A DNA stretch of 64,000 bases, taken from the NCBI GenBank assembly GCA_964016885.1, contig CAXHJY010001327.1, positions 248,001 to 312,000 on the forward strand, read 5' to 3'. This document shows, one piece after another, positions 48,901 to 58,830 of the stretch. The notes below the pieces were generated by a model. It did not search any database. It was not told the DNA's origin and worked only from the letters and a program-made list of their open reading frames with translations. The stretch is from Eledone cirrhosa. Its lineage: Eukaryota. The first letter of the stretch is position 1. Every line of letters starts with the position of its first letter. Position numbers and translations under genes: made by a program.

Positions 48901-51700
48901 TAGTAATGACTTACCATGAATATAAAACTAGTAATGACTGTTACAATGAAATATAGTTCTAGTAATGACTGTTACAATGAAATATAGTTCTAGTAATGAC
49001 TGTTACAATGAAATATAGTTCTAGTAATGACTGTTACAATGAAATATAGTTCTAGTAATGACTGTTACAATGAAATATAGAACTGGTAATGACTGTTACA
49101 ATGAAATATAAAACTAGTAATGACTGTTACAATGAAATATAGTACTAGTAATGACTGTTACAATGAATATAAAACTAGTAATGACTGTTACCATGAATAT
49201 AAAACTAGTAATGACTGTGACCATGAATATAAAACTAGTAATGACTGTGACCATGAATATAAAACTAGTAATGACTGTTACAATGAAATATAAAACCAGT
49301 AATGACTTACCATGAATATAAAACTAGTAATGACTGTTACCATGAATATAAAACTAGTAATGACTGTTACAATGAAATATAGTTCTAGTAATGACTGTTA
49401 CAATGAAATATAGAACTGGTAATGACTGTTACAATGAAATATAAAACTAGTAATGACTGTTACAATGAAATATAAAACTAATAATGACTTATAATGAAAT
49501 ATAGAATTAGTAATGACTGTTACAATGAAATATAAAACTAGTAATGACTGTTACAATGAAATATAAAACTAGTAATGGCTGTTACAATGAACTATAAAAC
49601 TAGTAATGACTGTTACAATGAACTATAAAACTAGTAATGACTGTTACAATGAAATATAGTACTAGAAATGACTGTTACAATGAATATAAAACTAGTAATG
49701 ACTGTTACCATGAATATAAAACTAGTAATGACTTACCATGAATATAAAACTAGTAATGACTGTTACAATGAAATATAGTTCTAGTAATGACTGTTACAAT
49801 GAAATATAGTTCTAGTAATGACTGTTACAATGAAATATAGTTCTAGTAATGACTGTTACAATGAAATATAGTTCTAGTAATGACTGTTACAATGAAATAT
49901 AGAACTGGTAATGACTGTTACAATGAAATATAGATCTACTAATGACTGTTACAATGAAATATAGAACTAGTATTGACTGCGACAATGAAATATAGAATTA
50001 GTAATGACTGTCACAATGAAATATAGTTCTAGTAATGACTGTTACAATGAAATATAGAACTAGTAATGACTGTTACAATGAAATATACAACTAGTAATGA
50101 CTGTTACAATGAAATATAGAACAAGTAATGGCTGTTACAATGAAATATAGAACTAGTAATGACTGTTACAATGAAAAATAGAATTAGGAATGACTGTCAC
50201 AATGAAATATAGAACTAGTAATGACTGTTACAATGAAATATAGAACTAGTAATGACTGTTACAATGAAATATAGAACTAGTAATGACTGTTACATTGAAA
50301 TATAAAACTAGTAATGGCTATTACAATGAAATATAGAACTAGTAATGGCTATTACAATGAAATATAGAACTAGTAATGACTGTTACATTGAAATATAAAA
50401 CTAGTAATGGCTTTTACAATGAAATATAGAACTAGTAATGACTTATAATGAAGTATAGAATTAGTAATGACTGTTACAATGAATATAAAACTAGTAATGA
50501 CTGTTACCATGAATATAAAACTAGTAATGACTGTTACAATGAATATAAAACTAGTAATGACTGTTACAATGAATATAAAACTAGTAATGACTGTTACAAT
50601 GAAATATAGAACAAGTAATGACTGTTACAATGAAATATAGAACTAGTAATGACTGTTACAATGAAAAATAGAATTAGGAATGACTGTCACAATGAAATAT
50701 AGAACTAGTAATGACTGTTACAATGAAATATAGAACTAGTAATGACTGTTACAATGAAATATAGAACTAGTAATGACTGTTACATTGAAATATAAAACTA
50801 GTAATGGCTATTACAATGAAATATAGAACTAGTAATGGCTATTACAATGAAATATAGAACTAGTAATGACTGTTACATTGAAATATAAAACTAGTAATGG
50901 CTTTTACAATGAAATATAGAACTAGTAATGACTTATAATGAAGTATAGAATTAGTAATGACTGTTACAATGAATATAAAGCTAGTAATGACTGTTACCAT
51001 GAATATAAAACTAGTAATGACTGTTACCATGAATATAAAACTAGTAATGACTGTTACAATGAATATAAAACTAGTAATGACTGTTACAATGAATATAAAA
51101 CTAGTAATGACTGTTACAATGAATATAAAACTAGTAATGACTGTTATAATGAAATATAGAACTAGTAATGACTGTTATAATGAAATATAGAACTAGTAAT
51201 GACTGTTACAATGAAATATAGAACTAGTAATGACTGTTACAATGAAATATAGAACTAGTAATGACTGTTACATTGAAATATAAAACTAGTAATGGCTATT
51301 ACAATGAAATATAGAACTAGTAATGACTGTTACATTGAAATATAAAACTAGTAATGGCTTTTACAATGAAATATAGAACTAGTAATGACTGTTACAATGA
51401 AATATAAAACTAGTAATGACTTATAATGAAATATAGAATTAGTAATGATTGTTACAATGAAATATAAAACTAGTAATGACTGTTACAATGAAATATTGAA
51501 CAAGTAATGACTGTTACAATGAAATATAAAACTAGTAATGACTGTTACAACGAACTATAAAACTAGTAATGACTGTTACAATGAAATATAGTACTAGAAA
51601 TGACTGTTACAATGAATATAAAACTAGTAATGACTGTTACCATGAATATAAAACTAGTAATGACTTACCATGAATATAAAACTAGTAATGACTGTTACAA
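25000..51700. repeat. Higher-order repeat domain with a ~6.1-kb period (approximate limits)
   Basis: Marker GAACGAGTATTGACTGTGGC at 25242, 28056, 31333, 32834, 35770, 39017, 41861 and 47154 (25242->31333 and 35770->41861 are both 6091 bp). Marker ATGAAGTATAG at 30467, 38151, 44241, 50448 and 50938 (38151->44241 = 6090 bp). Confidence 0.8.
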
Positions 51701-54700
51701 TGAAAAATAGTTCTAGTAATGACTGTTACGATGAAATATAGTTCTAGTAATGACTGTTATAATGAAATATAGAACTGGTAATGACTGTTACAATGAAATA
51801 TAGAACTGGTAATGACTGTTACAATGAAATATAGAACTAGTAATGACTGTGACAATGAAATATAGAATTAGTAATGACTGTTACAATTAAATAAAGAACT
51901 AGTAATGACTGTTACAATGAAATATAAAACTAGTAATGACTGTTACAATGAAATATAGAACTAGTAATGACTGTTACAATGAAATATAGAACTACTAATG
52001 ACTGTTACAATGAAATATAGAACTAGTAATGACTGAAATATAGAACTAGTAATGACTGTTATAATGAAATATAAAACTAGTAATGACTGTTTCAATGAAA
52101 AATAAAACAAGTAATGACTGTTTCAATGAAAAATAGAACTAGTAATGACTGTTACAATGAAATATAGAACTAGTAATGACTGTTACAATGAATATAAAAC
52201 TAGTAATGACTGTTACAATGAAATATAGAACTAACAGTGACTGTGACAATGAAATGTAGAACTAGTAATGACTGTTACAATTAAATATAGAACTAGTAAT
52301 GACTGTTACAGTGAATATAAAACTAGTAATGACTGTTATGATGAATATAAAACTAGTAATGACTGTTACAATGAAATATAAAACTAGTAATGACTGTTAC
52401 AATGAAATATAAAACTAGTAATGACTGTTACAATGAAATATAAAACTAGTAATGACTGTTACAATGAAATATAAAACTAGTAATGACTGTTACAATGAAA
52501 TATAAAACTAGTAATGACTGTTACAATGAAATATAAAACTAGTAATGACTGTTACAATGAAATATAAAACTAGTAATGACTGTTACGATGAATATAAAAC
52601 TAGTAATGACTGTTACAATGAAATATAAAACTAGTACTGACTGTTACAATGAAATATAAAACTAGTAATGACTGTTACAATGAAATATAAAACTAGTAAT
52701 GACTGTTACAATGAATATAAAACTAGTAATGACTGTTACAAGGAATATAAAACTAGTAATAACTGTTATAATGAAATATAGAACTAGTAATGACTGTTTC
52801 AATGAAATATAGAACTAGTAATGACTGTTAAAATGAAATATAGAAGTAGTAATGACTGTTAAAATGAAATATAGAACTAGTAATGGCTGTTACAATAAAA
52901 TATAGAACTAGTAATGACTGTTACAATGAAATATAAAACTAGTAATGACTGTTACATTGAAATATAAAACTAGTAATGGCTATTACAATGAAATATAGAA
53001 CTATTAATGACTGTTACAATGAAATATAAAACTAGTAATGAGTTATAATGAAATACAGAATTAGTAATGACTGTTACAATGAAATATAGAACTAGTAATG
53101 ACTGTTACAATGAAATAATGAACTAGTAATGATTGTTACAATGAAATATTAAACTAGTAATGACTGTTACAATGAAATAGAATACTAGTAATGACTGTTA
53201 CAATGAATATAAAACTAGTAATGACTGTTACCATGAATATAAAACTAGTAATGACTTATGAATATAAAACTAGTAATGACTGTTATAATGAAATATAGAA
53301 CTAGTAATGACTATTACAATGAAATATAGAACTAGTAATGACTGTTACATTGAAATATAAAACTAGTAATGACTGTTATAATAAAATATAGAACTGGTAA
53401 TGACTGTTACAATGAAATATAAAACTAGTAATGACTGTTACAATGAAATAGAGAACTAGTAATGACTGTTACAATGAATATAAAACTAGTAATGACTGTT
53501 ACATTGAAATATAAAACTAGTAATGACTGTTACAATGAAATATAAAACTAGTAATGACTGTTACAATGAAATATAGAACTAGTAATGACTGTTTCAATGA
53601 AATATAGAACTAGTAATGACTGTTACAATGAAATATAGAACTAGTAATGACTGTTACATTGAAATATAAAACTAGTAATGGCTGTTACAATGAAATATAG
53701 AACTAGTAATGACTGTTACAATGAAATATAAAACTAGTAATGACTGTCACAATGAAATATAGTACTGAAAATGACTGTTACAATGAATATAAAACTAGTA
53801 ATGACTGTTACCATGAATATAAAACTAGTAATGACTTACCATGAACATAAAACTAGTAATGACTGTTACAATGAAATATAGTACTAGAAATGACTGTTAC
53901 AAGGAATATAAAACTAGTAATGACTGTTACAATGAAATATAAAACTAGTAATGACTGTTACAATGAAATATAAAACATGCAATGACTGTTTCAATGAAAT
54001 ATAGAACTAGTAATGACTGTTACAAGGAATATAAAACTAGTAATGACTGTTACAAGGAATATAAAACTAGTAATGACTGTTATAATGAAATATAGAACTA
54101 TTAATGACTGTTACAATGAAATATAGAACTAGTAATGACTGTTACAATGAAATATAAAAATTGTAATGACTGTTACAATGAAATATAGAACTAGTAATGA
54201 CTGTTACAAGGAATATAAAACTAGTAATGACTGTTACAAGGAATATAAAACTAGTAATGACTGTTATAATGAAATATAGAACTATTAATGACTGTTACAA
54301 TGAAATATAGAACTAGTAATGACTGTTACAATGAATACAAAACTAGTAATGACTGTTACAATGAATATAAAACTAGTAATGACTGTTACAATGAAATATA
54401 GAACTAGTAATGACTGTTACAATGAAATATAGAACTAGTAATGACTGTTACATTGAAATATAAAACTAGTAATGGCTATTACAATGAAATATAGAACTAG
54501 TAATGACTGTTACAATGAATATAAAACTAGTAATGACTGTTACAATGAAATATAGAATTAGTAATGACTGTTACAATTAAATAAAGAACTAGTAATGACT
54601 GTTACAATGAAATATAGAACTAGTAATGCCTGTTACAATGAAATATAGAACTAGTAATGACTGTTACAATGAAATATAGAACTAGTAATGACTGTTACAA

Positions 54701-55739
54701 TGAAATATAGAACTAGTAATGACTGTTACAATGAAATATAGTACTAGTAATGACTGTTACAATGAACATAAAACTAGTAATGACTGTTACAATGAAATAT
54801 AGAACTAGTAATGACTGTTACAATGAAATATAGAACTATTAATGACTGTTACAATGAAATATAGTACTAGTAATGACTGTTACAATGAACATAAAACTAG
54901 TAATGACTGTTACAATGAAATATAGAACTAGTAATGACTGTTACAATGAAATATAGAACTAGTAATGACTGTTACAATGAAATATAGAACTAGTAATGAC
55001 TGTTACAATGAAATATAGAACTAGTAATGACTGTTACAATGAAATATAGAACTAGTAATGACTGTTACAATGAATATAAAACTAGTAATGACTGTTACAA
55101 TGAAATATAGAACTAGTAATGTCTGTTACAATGAAATAAAGAACTAGTAATGACTGTTACAATGAAATATAGAACTAGTAATGACTGTTACAATGAAATA
55201 TAGAACTAGTAATGACTGTTACAATGAAATATACAACTAGTAATGACTGAAATATAGAACTAGTAATGACTGTTATAATGAAATATAAAACTAGTAATGA
55301 CTTGAAATGAAATATAAAACTAGTAATGACTTACCATGAATATAAAACTAGTAATGACTGTTACAATGAAATATAGTTCTAGTAATGACTGTTACAATGA
55401 ATTATAGTTCTAGTAATGACTGTTACAATGAAATATAGAACTGGTAATGACTGTTACAATGAAATATAGAACTAGTATTGACTGTGATAATGAAATATAG
55501 AATTAGTGATGACTGTCACAATGAAATATAGTTCTAGTAATGACTGTTACAATGAAATATAGGACTAGTAATGACTGTAACAATGAAATATAGAACTAGT
55601 AATGACTGTTACAATGAAATATAAAACTAGTAATGATTGTTACAATGAAATAATGAACTAGTAATGACTGTTACAATGAAATATAAAACTAGTAATGACT
55701 GTTACAATGAAATATAGTATTAGTAATGACTGTTACAAT

Positions 55740-55745
55740 GAATAT
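55740..55745 (+). repeat. Target-site duplication, left copy (GAATAT)
   Basis: Left junction TGTTACAAT-GAATAT|CATCATCACC; identical hexamer at 58825-58830. Confidence 0.8.
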
Positions 55746-55753
55746 CATCATCA
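55744..55753 (-). repeat. Short (TGA)n/(GAT)n 3' tail of the element
   Basis: Plus strand ATCATCATCA. Short tandem-repeat tails are characteristic of RTE-clade elements. The first 2 nt (AT) are shared with the target. Confidence 0.8.
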
Positions 55754-55764
55754 CCGTTTTAGGT

Positions 55765-55795
55765 CCGTTCTTCCACGCTAGCATGGGTTAGACGG
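55765..55795 (-). promoter_or_regulatory. Putative 3'-terminal stem-loop (RT recognition signal)
   Basis: Sense strand CCGTCT-AAC-CCATGC-TA-GCGTGG-A-AGAACGG: a near-perfect 14-nt palindrome (55773-55786) nested within CCGT/ACGG arms, ~10 nt from the tail. The function is inferred. Confidence 0.55.
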
Positions 55796-55902
55796 GTTGT
55801 CCTGTTGTGGGCAGTGTCTGGTCGGCTGACCATGCCTTGCTCATACAGGAACTGATCTGGCTTGATTTCTACAGCTGGATGCCCTTCCTAACACCAACCT
55901 CA

Positions 55903-55997
55903 TTTACAGTGAGTGCTGGGTGCTTTTTCGTGGCGCCTACACGTCCACTTTACAGTGTGGGCTGGGTGCTTTTTTGCCGTGGCACCTCCACGACCAC
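55903..55997. repeat. Diverged tandem duplication (46 + 49 bp) in the element 3' UTR
   Basis: TTTACAGTGAGTGCTGGGTGCTTTTTCGTGGCGCCTACACGTCCAC (55903-55948) versus TTTACAGTGTGGGCTGGGTGCTTTTTTGCCGTGGCACCTCCACGACCAC (55949-55997). Confidence 0.85.
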
Positions 55998-56034
55998 CTT
56001 GCGGTGGGGGGGGGGGGCATATTGTTTATATGCT

Positions 56035-58824
56035 TCAGCATGTACCCATGGGAGGTCGGGTACCCTGTATTACTGCGTGACGCCAGAAGTCACGGTCGTG
56101 TGTCATTGACTTTGAGAGGTGTAGTTGGGTAAGGTCGGCTTTTATCACCTCATCCCAAGTCATCTTGGGTCTCCCCACTCCGCGGTTTCCATCAACTTCT
56201 AGTGCTCTGCACCTTTTTATGCAGCTGTCATCCTTCATACGCATCACATGTCCATACCAGCGTAACCGCCTCTCCTGCACGCAGCATTTGATTCCTCTTA
56301 TGCTCAGTCTCTCTCTCAATTCATTTATGCTTTGTCGTTCACGTATATTACTGTTACACATCCATCGGAGCATGCAGGCTTCGTTTCTCTCTAATCTACG
56401 TAAGTCTTCCACCTTCAGCGCCCAGGTCTCACTACCATGCAACATCGCTGTTCGGATACACGCATCATACAGTCTGCCTTTCATTCTGAGGGAGAAGCCT
56501 TTTGCAGCTAGCAGTGGTAGTAGTTCCCTAAACTTCTTCCATCCCGTTCTTACCCTAGTTATTGTACTTTCTGAGCACCCACCTCCGTTGCTAATTCGGT
56601 CACCTAGGTAGCAGAAGCTGTCTACTGTTTCTACAGGGCCCTCCCAGAGATTGGTGGTACTTGTTTCCTGTGGCTGTTTGCTTGCTGTTTCAGCACAGCT
56701 GCTGCATGTGAATCCTACATTCTTAATTAAGCTTCCTGAGATCCCGCTACATCTCTTGTGTACCCATTGTTTGCATTTGGGGCAAAGAATGGAGTTCCTA
56801 CCTACACCTTTCCTACATACTGAGCAAGGCCATTTCCCTGAGGGGATCTGGGTTCTGTTTTCTCGTCTACTTATAAGGACCTTAGTCTTTGTCATGTTGA
56901 CTTTGAGGCCCTTTCTCTCTAGTCCCTGCTTCCAGGTTTGGAATTTATTCTCTAGTTCTACCATAGATTCAGCTATGAGTGCGAGGTCATCAGCATACAG
57001 GAGTTCCCATGGGCATCCGGTCTTAAACTCCTCCGTTATTGCCTGCAGGACTATGATGAACAGGAGAGGGCTAAGAACAGAGCCCTGGTGGACCCCAACC
57101 TGTACGCTAAATTCCTCGCTATACTCATTGCCAATCCTAACTTTGCTGACTGCTCCCCTATACATGGCTTGTACCGCTTTCACAAGCCATTCATCTACTC
57201 CTAGTTTTCTAAGAGCCCACCAGATTACTGCACGTGGAACTCTGTCAAAGGCTTTCTCAAGGTCGACAAATGCCAAGTAGAGTGGCTTACTTTTAGCTAG
57301 GTACTTTTCCTGTAATTGCCTCACAAGGAAGAGCGCATCAGTGGTGCCTTTCCCTGGAACAAACCCAAATTGCATCTCGTCTATATTCACCCGGTCCCTA
57401 ATCAGCTGTGCTATAACTCTTTCTGTTACTTTCATGACCTGGTCCATCAACTTTATACCTCTATAGTTTCCTCTATCTAGTGCATCGCCTTTACCTTTGT
57501 AGCAGTTGACAATGATGCTACTGCACCAATCTTTTGGTATGGCCCCCTCTAGTATTACCTGGTTAACGATACGTGTGGTTATAGTGTGACCTACAGACCC
57601 AGATGCCTTCAGCATCTCGGCAGCTATACCCGATGGACCGGTTGCCTTCCCTATCTTCATATCTCTGATTGCCTTACTTACTACGCTGCCGCTGACTTGT
57701 ACTGCTGGTCCCTCTATAGGGTCTACGTGGGGTAGGGTCTCTTCTTCCCATGCATTCTCCTCATTTAGTAATCTATCATAATGACTCTTCCATGCATCTT
57801 TCTTCTCAGCACTTGTGAGGGCAAGCTCACCTTTATCATTCCGGATACACTTCTCTCCAATGACATCACAACTATCTCTGACACACTGCCTCGCAATCTT
57901 GAATACCTCCTGTTTCTGGTCCTCACGTTGTAAAACATGCTTGAATTTTCTATCCTCTGCTTCCCTCCTAGCTAAGTATACTTGTCGCCTAGCTTCCCTC
58001 TTGGTCTCTATGTAATGTACCCTGCTCCCCCCGTTCTTCCATTCTTTCCATGCTTGTCTCTTGGCCTTGACTGCTTCATCTACCTTATTGTTCCACCACC
58101 AAGTCACTCTCCTCCTGCTTGAGGTCTTACTCCAGCCACAAACCTCATCCGTCGCCTCTAGTAAGTTATTTTTTAGGAACTCCCAGTTCTCTTCTACGTT
58201 AAATGTCTCTATCTGTTCTTCTTTACTGTCGTAGGCGTTGAGTAAAATATCTTTAAATCTGTTACTGGTTGAGGGGACTTTCAGCTTCCAGATCTTTCTT
58301 CTCCAGGTTGGCCTCTGTTTCAGGGCTCGTCTAGTTCTGACCGTGAGGTCGCTGACAACTAAGCTATGTTGGGATGTACATTCCTCACTAGGGAAGGCTT
58401 TTGTGTTTACGACCGTCCATCTGTCACGTCCTCTGATGAGGATAAAATCTAACTGACTAGAGTGCTCCCCTGATCTATAGGTGATCAGGTGGTTGTCGGG
58501 TTTTTTAAAGTTTGTGTTACATATCGACATGTCATTGGCGTCGCAGAATTCTAGAAGTCTGAATCCTTCCTCATTCCTTGTGCCAACTCCATGGCCTCCA
58601 TGTACTCTATTGAAGCCGTCGCAGTGTTTACCTACGTGTCCGTTAAAATCTCCTGCAATGATTAGGAAGTCCTTGTCGTCTGTTAGAGCAGTAGTGTGTA
58701 TTAGGGACTCGTAAAACCTATCCTTAAGTTCGTCTGGCAGCCCCGATTGGGGTGCGTAAGCTGATATTATTGTGGTAATTGTCTTATTCAGGACTAGTCT
58801 GAGTTTAATGATTCTTGCATTAAA
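56035..58824 (-). CDS. RTE endonuclease/reverse transcriptase polyprotein, N-terminally truncated (~929 codons; the supplied 831-aa ORF starts at an internal Met at 58530)
   Basis: Manual translation upstream of 58530 stays open for 98 more codons to the junction (FNARIIKLRLVLNKTITTIISAYAPQSG...FLIIAGDFNGHVG...GTRNEEGFRLLEFCDAND-M). It then hits a TAA at ~58846-58848 in satellite without passing an ATG. No internal stops or frameshifts before TGA at 56035-56037. Confidence 0.92.
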   Translation of the reverse strand, partial: FNARIIKLRLVLNKTITTIISAYAPQSGLPDELKDRFYESLIHTTALTDDKDFLIIAGDFNGHVGKHCDGFNRVHGGHGVGTRNEEGFRLLEFCDANDMSICNTNFKKPDNHLITYRSGEHSSQLDFILIRGRDRWTVVNTKAFPSEECTSQHSLVVSDLTVRTRRALKQRPTWRRKIWKLKVPSTSNRFKDILLNAYDSKEEQIETFNVEENWEFLKNNLLEATDEVCGWSKTSSRRRVTWWWNNKVDEAVKAKRQAWKEWKNGGSRVHYIETKREARRQVYLARREAEDRKFKHVLQREDQKQEVFKIARQCVRDSCDVIGEKCIRNDKGELALTSAEKKDAWKSHYDRLLNEENAWEEETLPHVDPIEGPAVQVSGSVVSKAIRDMKIGKATGPSGIAAEMLKASGSVGHTITTRIVNQVILEGAIPKDWCSSIIVNCYKGKGDALDRGNYRGIKLMDQVMKVTERVIAQLIRDRVNIDEMQFGFVPGKGTTDALFLVRQLQEKYLAKSKPLYLAFVDLEKAFDRVPRAVIWWALRKLGVDEWLVKAVQAMYRGAVSKVRIGNEYSEEFSVQVGVHQGSVLSPLLFIIVLQAITEEFKTGCPWELLYADDLALIAESMVELENKFQTWKQGLERKGLKVNMTKTKVLISRRENRTQIPSGKWPCSVCRKGVGRNSILCPKCKQWVHKRCSGISGSLIKNVGFTCSSCAETASKQPQETSTTNLWEGPVETVDSFCYLGDRISNGGGCSESTITRVRTGWKKFRELLPLLAAKGFSLRMKGRLYDACIRTAMLHGSETWALKVEDLRRLERNEACMLRWMCNSNIRERQSINELRERLSIRGIKCCVQERRLRWYGHVMRMKDDSCIKRCRALEVDGNRGVGRPKMTWDEVIKADLTQLHLSKSMTHDRDFWRHAVIQGTRPPMGTC
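56695..56826 (-). other. PHD-type zinc finger (C4-H-C3) embedded in the retrotransposon ORF
   Basis: CSVC-x10-CPKC-x4-H-x2-C-x14-CSSC (aa 569-612 of the 831-aa ORF). W lies two residues before the His (WVH), and an aromatic F lies two residues before the seventh ligand. Confidence 0.85.
56875..57670 (-). other. Non-LTR reverse transcriptase core domain (approximate limits)
   Basis: KGKGD..NYRGIKL, QFGFVPGKGTTDA, FVDLEKAFDRV, GVHQGSVLSPLLF, LLYADD (YADD at 56986-56997), GLKVNMTKTKV. Confidence 0.95.
58345..58824 (-). other. APE-type (apurinic-like) endonuclease domain, C-terminal part only
   Basis: Motifs ISAYAPQ, GDFNGHVG (GDFN at 58642-58653), RNEEG, TYRSG..SQLDFIL and SQHSLV. The N-terminal motifs, including the metal-binding Glu, are absent because of the truncation. 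Confidence 0.9.
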
Positions 58825-58830
58825 GAATAT
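58825..58830 (+). repeat. Target-site duplication, right copy (GAATAT)
   Basis: Right junction GCATTAAA|GAATAT-AAAACTAG. Removing the element and one copy restores a normal 30-bp monomer CAATGAATATAAAACTAG. Confidence 0.8.

Larger units (their letters stand above)
1..55745. repeat. Tandem satellite DNA array, ~31-bp monomer (left part; runs off the window start)
   Basis: Continuous head-to-tail copies of AATGAAATATA(G/A)AACTAGTAATGACTGTTAC (7-8 G+C per 31 bp, SpeI site ACTAGT in most monomers). Common variants are 30 bp (GAATATAAAA), 29 bp (GACTTAT/GACTTAC) and 28 bp (GACTTACCATGAATAT). No strand switch seen. Confidence 0.99.
55746..58824 (-). mobile_element. 5'-truncated non-LTR retrotransposon (LINE), RTE clade, ~3.08 kb
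   Basis: Abrupt switch to GC-richer unique sequence. One ORF carries APE endonuclease plus RT. RTE-like C-terminal motifs are present (RLRWYGHVMRM, GRPKMTW). The 3' UTR of ~290 bp ends in GGTGATGATG rather than poly(A). Flanked by GAATAT direct repeats. The 5' boundary is uncertain by a few nt. Confidence 0.95.

Noticed and set aside
56001-56017. G-rich run as a G-quadruplex or regulatory element
   Set aside because: A single homopolymer whose length is error-prone in sequencing; nothing else supports a function.
56035-58530. 831-aa ORF as a complete or domesticated gene starting at Met 58530
   Set aside because: The frame continues 98 codons upstream through endonuclease motifs to the junction. 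The Met is internal, and the TSD and tail show an ordinary truncated insertion.
55807-58714. Plus-strand ORFs of 66-209 aa within the element
   Set aside because: Antisense shadows of the RT frame or chance ORFs in the 3' UTR, mostly with non-ATG starts and no recognisable motifs.
55746-58824. Idea that this RT synthesises the satellite (telomerase-like or template-repeat system)
   Set aside because: I found no copy of the monomer inside the element beyond chance 6-7-mers such as ACTAGT and CTGTTAC. The element interrupts a pre-existing monomer, and the array's variant blocks indicate DNA-level duplication.
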